64,000 bases of DNA from contig CAWAXX010000018.1 in the NCBI GenBank assembly GCA_963786105.1, positions 49,981-113,980 of the forward strand, read 5' to 3'. Every line of letters starts with the position of its first letter. The first letter of the stretch is position 1. The notes under the pieces were generated by a model. That model did no database searches and had not been told where the DNA came from. It worked only from the letters and a program-made list of their open reading frames with translations. This document shows positions 1 to 8,908 of the stretch, piece by piece. The position numbers were made by a program, and so were the translations under genes. The DNA is from Vulcanimicrobiota bacterium. Its GTDB lineage: Bacteria > Vulcanimicrobiota > Vulcanimicrobiia > Vulcanimicrobiales > Vulcanimicrobiaceae.

Positions 1-41
1 GGGGGTGATTCCGTGCTTGGAGCTCCAGATTCCGGGCGCTT

Positions 42-3000
42 TCAGACACGAGTTTGGTGTGTATCCCGGCCACGCGGTGGGTGCACCGTACGAGGCGCCC
101 GACGTGAAATTCCAGAATTCGTGATCGAGAACTTTTGGTGCTTGTAGTTGAGGATCAGGGTCGTGACGTACGGAACGGCATAACCGTTCTCAGCCGAGAC
201 CGGTCCCGGAATGACGTCATAAGTCGTGTACCAGGCGCGATCGGCAAAGATGTTCTGATATGGCTGATTGTAGTAGGGGTTGCGCACAACGCCCGGCTGA
301 GCACAGTTCTTTGTACCGGCGCCGCCCGCATCCGCATAGAAGTAACAGGGAGACCCGCCGCCCTTTTTCGTCCACGCATCGTACTGCTTGATATAGGTAT
401 TGAGCTGGTCGATGACGTTTTGCGATGTGCCGGTGAAATTCTCATACCTAATCTGGCTGTGGGTATAGGTGAACGCCAGCTGCCCGCTCAAACCATCGCG
501 GCTGAAATCGCCCTTCTGCACTGCGAGCTCGACACCGTCGGTTACCTGGTTCCCGACGTTCAGTCCCGACTCGAGGCCGCCTTGCGGATCGATGAAGAAG
601 TTTTGCAGTTGATCGCGCGTGCTGCGATAAAACGGACTGATCTTGAAGCTCCAATCCGTGCCTTTCATCCGGTGCTCCCACGAAAGGTCGTAGTTATACG
701 ATGTGTCGGGCCGAATGATGTGCTCGGGCGTATTGAATCCGTATCCGTAAAAGTGGTTACCCAAGTACGACGGCAGGTCTTGCTGAAGCACGTTGTACTG
801 CACCCACGATGCGTTCGGAGGGCGCGCGTAGATACCGAATGAAGCGCGCAGGACGTCATTTGGATTGAGCGTGTACGTGACGCCTAGCCGGGGTTCGAAG
901 CGCGCTACGGTGTATTGGCCGCCGCTCGTGTTCTGGAGCGCACCATAGGGAGACTGCGCCAGCGGGACGGTTCCCGTCGGACAGGGTCCGAGACCGTTAT
1001 TCGTGCGATCGACCGGCTTGTTATTGTTTTGTCCGATGCCGAAGCAAAACTCGGCATTGTATGCGTTGAACCAGAACTGCCGAGCCGGATCGTTCGGACT
1101 CGTGTCGGCGAAGATGTAACCAAAGTCTTCCAAACGCAAGCCGAGGTTCACGTTCAGGCGATCGTTCGGCCGCCACTGGTCACCGATCGAGTAACCGGAG
1201 ACTCCCGTATTCACGCGATTAAGACTCCCGTGGAACGAAGTATTCGTCGCCAGCCACTTCGGGTCTACGCCCGGCGCGCATGCGGCCAGGTGCGGATTTC
1301 CGGCGCAGGAATAGCCGATCGGAGGCGTCGGATTGGTTGTCGTTCCTTGCGATTGGTCGTAGCAGCCGATCTGGTTACCGCTCGATGGATCGTAGCACTT
1401 GCCGTTGGTGCCGACGTAGCTCGACAGCGGCCAGCTCGTCGGGAAGAACGTGACGTCGTAGCGCTCCATGTTCGAATGCGTATAGGCCGCGCTGGCGGTC
1501 AGAAGGTTCTGCGAGTTCAGCTGATTTTCGTAGCTTAGGTTGAAGCCGTAGACGTGGTCGGGCAGAAAATACGGCAACTCCCAGCCGTAAAAGGGTTGCG
1601 CGGTCGAGTTGTAACCGTTGATGAACCAGTTCGAGTAGAGCGAGTATCCGTACACGCGAAGGAATTCGCTCGGAGAGAACACGTGCTGGTATTGCAGTTT
1701 CGAGACCGAGACTCCGTTGTCGTTCGGATCGCGAATTGAGTTTGGAAGAGCGCTCTGCCACGCATGCGGTTGACTCTGCGGGAAGAAATACTGGTAGATT
1801 TTCGCCGGATCGACCGGTTTCATCGGTGAGCCGCCGTAACCGTACGTGTCGTCCCATACCGGCGCGCCGTAGACCGCGTTGACAACGTTATGGCCGAAAT
1901 CGTTGGTCGAGCTGTAATATTGGACCACGTTCTCGCTTGTCAGCCAAAAGGCTTGAACGTCATCACGCAGAGCGCTATGCGGATGTGCAATGCCGAAGTG
2001 AAGATTGATGATGTCGTCGCGAAGCGCTTGTGACGTCAGGCCGAATGCTAAACCCGTCGTAAAAAGCACCGGCGACAGAGTACCGGTATAGACCGAACCG
2101 TTGGTCACGTTTTGCCCAGTACAGCTTGTCGGACCGCACGTAAAGCCCGGGACGGCGCTCACGGGATAGAAGAATGAGTTCGGAATGTTGGAACCGTTGT
2201 TGTTATTGATGTAGCGGAAGTCTTGGTTGCTGCCCCCAATGCCGACGTAATAACTGAACATTCGGTCCGGCGTCGAGCCGCCGGCTTCGATGGAGGCCTG
2301 GTGGTAGAAGGCCGGATAGCCAGCGCTCAGCTGAGCGGTCGCGTAGCCCGGAGAAGTCCCCGTCTTGACTACCTGATTGATGTATCCCGAGATGCCCTGA
2401 GCGTCCGAACTCGCCGGGACGCCGCCGGTGTAGACCTGGACCTCTTGACTGCCCAGACTCGACAGCATTGTCTCCGGCGCGTTGTCGTACACGCGGTTAA
2501 CCGGAATGCCGTCGAGCTCATAGCCGACTTGATCGAAGTCGCCGCCTCGAATGTGTACCGTCTGGAACCAGCCTTGCTCGCCCTGGTCGAGGTTCACGCC
2601 GGGAACCGATGCAACCGCACCGTAGGCGTTATTAAGGCTGCCCGGTCCGGTCAGACCTTGCGCCGCCCGCTGACCGGCAGCATTTACGGAGTAAACGTCG
2701 CTGGTTTGTCCGGCTTTAACGAGATTTGCAGCGGCCTGCGACGTCACGTGAGCGATCGTCTGAAGCGATTTCACCATCGCGACGTTGAAGGTTTGCACCT
2801 GATCGGCAAAGACCGATAGTCCCGGCTGTGCTTGCGGATCGTATCCCGCTTTGGCGAAGGTAATCGTATATGTGTCGGGCGCGAGCGAGAGGAAGCGATA
2901 AGCCCCTCCCGCATCCGTCGTCGACGTCGCGGTTTGCGAAGGAGCAGTCGCCGTAACCACAACGCCGGCGACCGGAACTTGCGTCTGCGCGTCGACGACC

Positions 3001-3095
3001 CTGCCGGTGATCCCACCGGTGGTACCTGCCACGGAGTGCAATGGCAAGAGCGCGGCCATCAAGAGGGCCGCCGGGATCGATCTCATAGCGCGCAT
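42..3095 (-). CDS. TonB-dependent receptor-like outer-membrane protein with N-terminal carboxypeptidase-regulatory-like domain (3' end looks frameshifted, see findings)
   Basis: ORF 42..3116. Likely ATG at 3095 (GAGGAG 8 nt upstream) gives signal peptide MRAMRSIPAALLMAALLPLHSVAG. GITGRVVD..GGAYRF..PDTYTITFAKAGY beta-sandwich, then plug-like HIRGGDFDQVGYELDGIPVN and a long Gly/Tyr/Asn-rich barrel. Clear paralog of 46624..49806. Confidence 0.8.
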   Translation of the reverse strand: MRAMRSIPAALLMAALLPLHSVAGTTGGITGRVVDAQTQVPVAGVVVTATAPSQTATSTTDAGGAYRFLSLAPDTYTITFAKAGYDPQAQPGLSVFADQVQTFNVAMVKSLQTIAHVTSQAAANLVKAGQTSDVYSVNAAGQRAAQGLTGPGSLNNAYGAVASVPGVNLDQGEQGWFQTVHIRGGDFDQVGYELDGIPVNRVYDNAPETMLSSLGSQEVQVYTGGVPASSDAQGISGYINQVVKTGTSPGYATAQLSAGYPAFYHQASIEAGGSTPDRMFSYYVGIGGSNQDFRYINNNNGSNIPNSFFYPVSAVPGFTCGPTSCTGQNVTNGSVYTGTLSPVLFTTGLAFGLTSQALRDDIINLHFGIAHPHSALRDDVQAFWLTSENVVQYYSSTNDFGHNVVNAVYGAPVWDDTYGYGGSPMKPVDPAKIYQYFFPQSQPHAWQSALPNSIRDPNDNGVSVSKLQYQHVFSPSEFLRVYGYSLYSNWFINGYNSTAQPFYGWELPYFLPDHVYGFNLSYENQLNSQNLLTASAAYTHSNMERYDVTFFPTSWPLSSYVGTNGKCYDPSSGNQIGCYDQSQGTTTNPTPPIGYSCAGNPHLAACAPGVDPKWLATNTSFHGSLNRVNTGVSGYSIGDQWRPNDRLNVNLGLRLEDFGYIFADTSPNDPARQFWFNAYNAEFCFGIGQNNNKPVDRTNNGLGPCPTGTVPLAQSPYGALQNTSGGQYTVARFEPRLGVTYTLNPNDVLRASFGIYARPPNASWVQYNVLQQDLPSYLGNHFYGYGFNTPEHIIRPDTSYNYDLSWEHRMKGTDWSFKISPFYRSTRDQLQNFFIDPQGGLESGLNVGNQVTDGVELAVQKGDFSRDGLSGQLAFTYTHSQIRYENFTGTSQNVIDQLNTYIKQYDAWTKKGGGSPCYFYADAGGAGTKNCAQPGVVRNPYYNQPYQNIFADRAWYTTYDVIPGPVSAENGYAVPYVTTLILNYKHQKFSITNSGISRRAPRTVHPPRGRDTHQTRV

Positions 3096-3577
3096 CGTGA
3101 GAGCTCCTCGTTGCAAGGGGAGAACCTTAAGAGTTTGTTATTGCCTGACGGCCGCTTGCCCCTCTTACTTAAGAAGCGTCTTAATATCGTCGTACGACCG
3201 CGCACGATTTCGGCGTGGGCGCCGGCACCGGCGAGTGCGATCGTCGTGATCGCATTTTGGGACGAATCGCACGCTGTTAGGGTTGCTCGCGAGGATTTGG
3301 TCGCTCGCCGTGCTACGCGAACCCGCATCCGCGTCAGTGTGCTGGAATACGCCCGTCTGGGAGCGCGCTCGTCGTTCCACCCACGCTCCTGGCGAACGTG
3401 CCACGGCTCTGGGCGATTCGATGACGGCGGCGATCCCGCGGGGCGAGAACACCACGGACGGCAGAAGCAATTGGCTTGCGGGCGCAAAGACTCTAGCCCA
3501 AAAGGGACGTTCGCGCTTCTTCACGAATGCAGTAAAACTGTTATTATATTGCATAGGCTGAAGGGGGCACCGATGCG

Positions 3578-4531
3578 ATGAAGCCTCGAGAAAAGCGCGT
3601 TTTCCGGCCTGTCGTCGACCCGCTGGTCCTCGACCTGATGACCTACCTGCGGTTGGAGCGTAATCGCAGCCAGCTGACCGTAGAAGCCTACGCTCGCGAC
3701 CTTCAGGAGTTCGGCGCGTTCCTTGCCGGCGTTCCGGCTTCGGAGTCGCCGGTCGGCCGCGAGTATCCCGCCTTACGCGAGGTGACGACGTCCGACGTGC
3801 GCCAGTACGTCATGCGGCTGGCGGGCGCGAAGCGCTACGACATGCGGACGGTCCGGCGCAAGCTCTCGTCGATCAAGGCGCTCTACCGCTACTTGAAGCT
3901 CATGGGCGTGCGAGCCGACGACCCCGCGTCGATCGTTTCGGGCCCCAAGATCGAGCGGAAGCTTCCGGAACATTTGGGCGAGTCGGACGTCCGTACGCTG
4001 CTGCGGGCGACGCTGGCCGGCCGCTCGGACGTCCAGCGGCGGCGCGATCTGGCCATCATGGAGTTGCTCTACGCGAGCGGGATCCGGCGGGCCGAAGTAA
4101 CGACCATCGACCTCAAAGACGTGGATTTGACCGCCCGCGAAATTCGCGTTCACGGCAAAGGGAGCAAGGAACGGGTGGTCGTTTTCAACCGAAGTGCGGC
4201 CAAGGCGATTGAAGCGTACCTGCGCGTGCGGCTGCACAGCCGCGACGAAGCACTCTTTCTCGGACGCGGAGGCAAGCGGCTGACTCCAATGCACGTCTGG
4301 CGCATTTTCCGCGACCTTTATAAGGTTAGCGGCATCGATCAGCACGCCAGTCCGCACACGCTGCGACACTCGTTCGCCACCCATCTCGCCGAGAACGACG
4401 TCGATCTCGAGACGATCCGCGAATTTCTCGGCCACGAGAGCCTCGCGACGACCGGCATTTATTTGAAGATGTCGATGCAACACAAGAAACGCGCCTACGA
4501 CAAGGCCCACCCTCGCGACCGCATGGACTAG
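3578..4531 (+). CDS. tyrosine site-specific recombinase, XerC/XerD family
   Basis: N-terminal core-binding segment LTVEAYARDLQEF. Catalytic-region motifs ASGIRRAEV, HGKGSKERVV, LRHSFATHL, LGHESLATTGIYLKMS. AAGGGGG Shine-Dalgarno 10 nt upstream of the ATG. Confidence 0.9.
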   Translation: MKPREKRVFRPVVDPLVLDLMTYLRLERNRSQLTVEAYARDLQEFGAFLAGVPASESPVGREYPALREVTTSDVRQYVMRLAGAKRYDMRTVRRKLSSIKALYRYLKLMGVRADDPASIVSGPKIERKLPEHLGESDVRTLLRATLAGRSDVQRRRDLAIMELLYASGIRRAEVTTIDLKDVDLTAREIRVHGKGSKERVVVFNRSAAKAIEAYLRVRLHSRDEALFLGRGGKRLTPMHVWRIFRDLYKVSGIDQHASPHTLRHSFATHLAENDVDLETIREFLGHESLATTGIYLKMSMQHKKRAYDKAHPRDRMD

Positions 4532-4590
4532 GGGGTAATGATCCGGTCCCAGGAATCGACCCGCAGCACTCACTAAAGGGCGTCCACGAA

Positions 4591-6255
4591 ATGAAAGCTT
4601 CAGAAGACGCTCGCTCTCGTTTATCGCGCGAGGATTTCTTGCGAGCGGGTGCAGTACTCTCGGCGACCGCAGCCGTCGGATCCGCGGCGGTTCCAACGAA
4701 AACGCCCGCGCAGGAGATCGGGCCTTCTTCTTCCACGGCAAGGGCGAATCGTGCCGAGTCGATTCGGTGCGATGCGGCGCGAAACTATCTGGCTACGGCG
4801 TTGCCGCCGCCGGCGACGAACGGCGACGACGAACGTTACGCCGACCGGCGCGCGAGCTTTACGAAAACGCTTCCGAGCAACGATTTTGGCGAGGTGGACC
4901 CGCCGGCATACGAGGCGTTGCTGGCGGCCTTCAGAAGTGCTGAGCCAACCGACTTCGAGCGGCTGCAACAGGCACCGGGCTGTTCGACGAAATTGAACAA
5001 CCCACAGGCCGCCTTCGCCTTCGATCTCACGGGGGTCGACTCACACGCTACCCGCATCGTGCCTCCGCCCGCGTTTGCCAGTGCGGCGGCCGCTTCCGAC
5101 ATGGCCGAGGTGTACTGGCGCGCACTCGTGCGCGACGTCCCGTTTCGAGCGTACGAAGAGAGCCTGCCGATTTCCGCCGCCGTCGCCGATCTCAACGCGT
5201 TCTCGGTTCCGTCGAGCGCCGCGCTCGGGAAAGTGTCGCCATCCACGATTTTTCGTGGCGACGCCGCCGGCTCCCGGGTCGGGCCGTATCTCAGCCAGTT
5301 TCTTTGGCTGGAGATTCCTTACGGCATCGCGCGCATCGAGCAGCGCTATCGTTTCCCAGCGCGACGCCAACAGTTCCTCACGGAAATGGCGGAATGGCTG
5401 GCATGCCAGCGTGGGCAGCGGCCGACCACCAAGCTTCAGTTCGACGCGAACCCGCGCTTCATTTCGAGTTTCCGGGAACTCGCCGAATACGTGCACCAGG
5501 ATTTCAGCTACCAGCCGTACCTCAGCGCGGCGCTCACGATTCTGCAGTGGGGGCTCGACGCGATGTCGCCGACCAATCCGTACCGCTCGTACAAGGTGGA
5601 GTTCGGCGACATCACGTTTGGAAATAAGAACGTGCTGACGCTCCTCGCTCAGGCGGCGTTGATCGCGCAAAAGGGCGCCTGGTATCAGAAGTGGCTCTTG
5701 CATCGTCGCGCCCGCCCGGAAGTCTACGCCGCGCGCGTGGAACTGCAGGCGCGCGGCCTTCGGCAGTACGGGGTCTCGCAAGAAATCGTCGAGAGTGCCG
5801 CCGTCGCGCGTACGCAATCCGCCTACGGAACGCGCCTGCTTCCGCTGGCGTATCCCGAAGGCTGCCCGACGCATCCGTCGTATCCGGCCGCCCATGCCGC
5901 CACTGCCGGCGCGTGCATCACGGTCCTCAAGGCGTTCTTCAATGCCGATTTTCCAATTCCGAACCCGGTGCAGGCGACGCCCGACGGTTCCGCACTCGAA
6001 CCGTGGAAGGCCTCCGAACTGACGCTCGGCAACGAACTCGACAAGCTCGCTGCCAACGTCGCGCTCGGGCGAGATGCCGCCGGCGTGCACTTCCGTTCCG
6101 ACAGCATGCAAGGGATGCTCGTCGGCGAGCAGCAAGCGCTCGGGCTTCTTGCCGACTATAGCCGAACCTACAACGAGCGCTTTGAGGGGTTCGCCTTTAC
6201 CACGCTCGACGGTGGCCGCGTGCTCGTAACGCGGGGCGAGATTCGCCGCACCTAG
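4591..6255 (+). CDS. vanadium-dependent haloperoxidase / PAP2-superfamily protein with Tat-like leader
   Basis: KWLLHRRARP (K-x7-RP), HPSYPAAHA and GRDAAGVHFRSD match the acid-phosphatase/vanadium-haloperoxidase active-site triad. N-terminus SREDFLRAGAVLSATAAVGSAAV resembles a Tat leader but has RE instead of RR. Confidence 0.75.
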   Translation: MKASEDARSRLSREDFLRAGAVLSATAAVGSAAVPTKTPAQEIGPSSSTARANRAESIRCDAARNYLATALPPPATNGDDERYADRRASFTKTLPSNDFGEVDPPAYEALLAAFRSAEPTDFERLQQAPGCSTKLNNPQAAFAFDLTGVDSHATRIVPPPAFASAAAASDMAEVYWRALVRDVPFRAYEESLPISAAVADLNAFSVPSSAALGKVSPSTIFRGDAAGSRVGPYLSQFLWLEIPYGIARIEQRYRFPARRQQFLTEMAEWLACQRGQRPTTKLQFDANPRFISSFRELAEYVHQDFSYQPYLSAALTILQWGLDAMSPTNPYRSYKVEFGDITFGNKNVLTLLAQAALIAQKGAWYQKWLLHRRARPEVYAARVELQARGLRQYGVSQEIVESAAVARTQSAYGTRLLPLAYPEGCPTHPSYPAAHAATAGACITVLKAFFNADFPIPNPVQATPDGSALEPWKASELTLGNELDKLAANVALGRDAAGVHFRSDSMQGMLVGEQQALGLLADYSRTYNERFEGFAFTTLDGGRVLVTRGEIRRT

Positions 6256-6259
6256 CGCC

Positions 6260-7141
6260 TTAGGAGGGGCGCTCCCACCGCGGACACGTTACGACCCAAG
6301 CGTCGAGGTTGAGATGCTTGAGCAGCGCGGTTTCGCCGTAACCTTCGGTCTTGGGGCAGACTTTGCGGACGAAGTGCGATTTGGACGTTCCGTACTCGAT
6401 GTCAACGACCAGACGGTTTGCATCGGTATACGGCGTAAATACGCCGCACCAGCCCTGGGCGTAGCATTGCTCGAGCACGGCCCAGTCGAAACTCGCGCGC
6501 AGCAGACCGATCTGATCGCCGTCGTTCTTCTGGGCTGCCGAGAGGCCCACGGCGTGCACGGCTTTGGCGACCCAGCGATCGTAGGTCACTTGCTGGGACC
6601 CGGTCAGCTTGAATCCCGTGCGATTTTGATAACCGTCGATGTTGTCGGGATCGACTGCATCGAAGCCCTTGTCTTTGCACATTTCGAAGCGCGCGCTCAT
6701 GATCGGCTCCAACACCGAGTGCTGCCGAATGTCCAGCCAGCGTTCGCCGGGCCAATGGCCGTCGGGTTTGCCCAGAACGCGCTTAGGAAACTTCCTGGCA
6801 TCCGGGCGCCAGTTCTCCCAAGTGCCGACGTCGATATAGCATACGACGTGCACGCCTTTGCCGTGCAACGCCGCGACCGTCGCCGCCGGCGTATCGAAGC
6901 CGTCGACGTCGTAGACGGCCGCCTTCACCGTGGTGTCGAGCTTGCGGCCGCCGTACTGAATCGCGAACGTCGTGCCGGCCGGCGGAATCCACCGGCTCGC
7001 AGATCGATACTGCCGGGCGGCGAGCGTCGCGGCGGAGGTGCCTGGAAGCGGAACCGGCGCCGCGCGGAAACCGCTTCCGCAGCCTGCCAGGGTCAGGGTA
7101 ACGGCGGGGACGAGCGCGAGAGGGCGAGCGGACATAGACAT
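6260..7141 (-). CDS. glycoside hydrolase family 114 (endo-alpha-1,4-polygalactosaminidase-like) lipoprotein
   Basis: Lipobox LTLAGC. CYIDVGTWENWRPDA, WLDIR and GFDAVDPDNIDGY segments are typical of GH114 TIM-barrel hydrolases. Confidence 0.8.
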   Translation of the reverse strand: MSMSARPLALVPAVTLTLAGCGSGFRAAPVPLPGTSAATLAARQYRSASRWIPPAGTTFAIQYGGRKLDTTVKAAVYDVDGFDTPAATVAALHGKGVHVVCYIDVGTWENWRPDARKFPKRVLGKPDGHWPGERWLDIRQHSVLEPIMSARFEMCKDKGFDAVDPDNIDGYQNRTGFKLTGSQQVTYDRWVAKAVHAVGLSAAQKNDGDQIGLLRASFDWAVLEQCYAQGWCGVFTPYTDANRLVVDIEYGTSKSHFVRKVCPKTEGYGETALLKHLNLDAWVVTCPRWERPS

Positions 7142-7165
7142 GATGACGAGCTATTCTGTTTCCAT

Positions 7166-7888
7166 ATGCTCAAGGCCATCGCTCTTCTTCTCTTGGTCCT
7201 GGCGCCGGCCGGCTGCGCCAACGCGTCTCCGTACGCGACCACCATCGGCATGCTTCCGCCCGGCGAAACGCTGACCGTGCGCGTCGCGAACGCCACCGTC
7301 AGCGCTTTCCAGCCGGCGGCCGGACAGCCGCGCGATCGATTCGCTATCGCCGCGACGGCGATCGCGAAGGCGTCGCCGCCGCCGGCACCTCACGTGCGAG
7401 CCGTCCCCGGCCGCGGCGTCACCGTCGACGCCGACCGTCCGCTGGCCGACCTCTTGGTGCGCGTCCCCGACGGCGTCACGCTGATCGTCGACTCTCGCCA
7501 AGGCGACGTGCACGTTACCGATATTTCCGGCAACGCCCGCATCGTAGCGATGCAGGGAGACGTTCAAGCGATGCTGCCCGGATACGCCGACGTGCGGGCC
7601 GGCCGTGGCAACGTCAGGGTAACCATGGGATCCGTCGGATGGCCTGGAACGTTGCACTTTTCGACCGGTGAAGGCAACGTTGAGGTATGGATCAACGAGC
7701 GGGCGGCGTTCAACGTGCATCTGCACACCGACCGTGGAACGCTGTTCACGGATTTCGATCTGCGCGGGACGTCGCAGGGTAGTTCCGAAACCATCGACGG
7801 CAGCGTCAATGGCGGTGGCGCGCACGGCATCGACATCGAAACGTCAGCCGGGGCGATTCGGCTACTTCGCCTCCACCCGCAGGCGTGA
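7166..7888 (+). CDS. DUF4097-like (putative adhesin/beta-helix) lipoprotein
   Basis: In-frame ATG at 7166 inside ORF 6314..7888; upstream of it the ORF is antisense to GH114. Signal/lipobox MLKAIALLLLVLAPAGC. Repeated GDVHV / GNVRV / GNVEV strand motifs. Confidence 0.7.
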   Translation: MLKAIALLLLVLAPAGCANASPYATTIGMLPPGETLTVRVANATVSAFQPAAGQPRDRFAIAATAIAKASPPPAPHVRAVPGRGVTVDADRPLADLLVRVPDGVTLIVDSRQGDVHVTDISGNARIVAMQGDVQAMLPGYADVRAGRGNVRVTMGSVGWPGTLHFSTGEGNVEVWINERAAFNVHLHTDRGTLFTDFDLRGTSQGSSETIDGSVNGGGAHGIDIETSAGAIRLLRLHPQA

Positions 7889-8803
7889 CAATAACGTCTC
7901 GCGCGCCTTAATCAATCGAACCATGGCGTCGTTGTAAGGCGTCGGCGTACCGGTGCGCCTCCCGAACGCCACCACCGCGCCGTTAATGTGATCGATCTCG
8001 CTGGGATGTCCGGATTCCAAGTCGTAGGCCATCGAGCTCTTCGCGTCGGCGCCGAGCGCGATTACTTCGGTCACGTACTGCCAAGGATTGACGAAGGGAA
8101 GATTGATCTTGAGGGCGGCCGCTACGCCGGCCGCTTCTTCTGCCAAGGCTTCGGCCAAACGCGCCGCGTTGGGATCGTTCGGAATCGCTCCGGTGTCGCA
8201 ATCGAGCAACGCCGATAACGCGTTGATCGCGGCGTTCGCGACGAGCTTTCCCCACAGGTGCGGACGGATGTCGTACACCACCGATGCTTGCAGTCCGCTG
8301 CGCGTCAAGAGATCGGCGACCATGCGCGACGTCGTGGGCGTCGCCGAGGTCGAGCCGATGATCGAATGCCCCTCGCCCGAAACCCGCACGCGTCCCGCTC
8401 CAACCGTTTGCGACGATTCGGTCGTAATACCGAGAATCACCGCGACTTCTCCGCCGAGGGCGGTTTTGATCGCGTCTTCGTTGCCAACGCCGTTTTGCAG
8501 CGAGACGATCGGCGCTCCGGGGTTCAACTCGCCCGCAAAGGGGCGCAGCGCCCTTAGCGTGTCGACCGCCTTGACGAACAAAAAGAGCACCTGCGATCCG
8601 TAAAGGTCGCGTGGGTTACGCGCGATTTCGACCCGCCGCGGCGGTAAGTCGTTAACCGACAGGCCGTCGCGCGCGATGGCTTCGTTCAGCGCCGTGCTGC
8701 TATCCAGCATCGTAATATGGCAATGCTCGGCAAGGTGGAACCCGAAGAGCGTCCCCATCGCGCCCGCCCCGATAATCCCCACCCGCATCCTGGCGGTCAC
8801 CAC
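7862..8803 (-). CDS. panE: 2-dehydropantoate 2-reductase (ketopantoate reductase)
   Basis: Rossmann GIIGAGAMG. KLVANAAINALSAL and SSMAYDLESGHPSEIDHINGAVV are typical of ApbA/PanE. The start may be the internal Met at 8788. The 3' end overlaps the convergent gene by 27 nt. Confidence 0.85.
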   Translation of the reverse strand: MVTARMRVGIIGAGAMGTLFGFHLAEHCHITMLDSSTALNEAIARDGLSVNDLPPRRVEIARNPRDLYGSQVLFLFVKAVDTLRALRPFAGELNPGAPIVSLQNGVGNEDAIKTALGGEVAVILGITTESSQTVGAGRVRVSGEGHSIIGSTSATPTTSRMVADLLTRSGLQASVVYDIRPHLWGKLVANAAINALSALLDCDTGAIPNDPNAARLAEALAEEAAGVAAALKINLPFVNPWQYVTEVIALGADAKSSMAYDLESGHPSEIDHINGAVVAFGRRTGTPTPYNDAMVRLIKARETLLSRLRVEAK

Positions 8804-8908
8804 GCAGCCATCAACCGAGTATCAGGACAAATGCTCGGGGGCCGAAGGCCGGGGGCCCCGGCGGCTTTGCCGACGGGGGGCGAGGAGCGCGAAGCGCGGA
8901 TTCGCCTT

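Noticed and set aside
3283-3561. 92-aa + strand ORF in the large gap upstream of the xer gene (also minus-strand ORFs 3165..3554 and 3083..3487).
   Set aside because: No Shine-Dalgarno and an implausible Arg/Trp-rich composition. The ORF overlaps the likely xer promoter, and the GC3 signal is moderate at best. It is kept only as a note under the gap finding.
3578-4531. Tyrosine recombinase as a marker of an integrated mobile element or genomic island.
   Set aside because: The sequence looks like a housekeeping XerC/XerD type. There is no adjacent tRNA, no phage, plasmid or transposase genes, and no flanking direct repeats visible within several kb.
8804-8908. GC-rich palindromic stretch (GGGGGCCGAAGGCCGGGGGCCCCGG) between mlaD and panE as an intrinsic terminator.
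   Set aside because: Stems are possible, but there is no clear U tract and several alternative pairings exist. The evidence is not enough to call a terminator.
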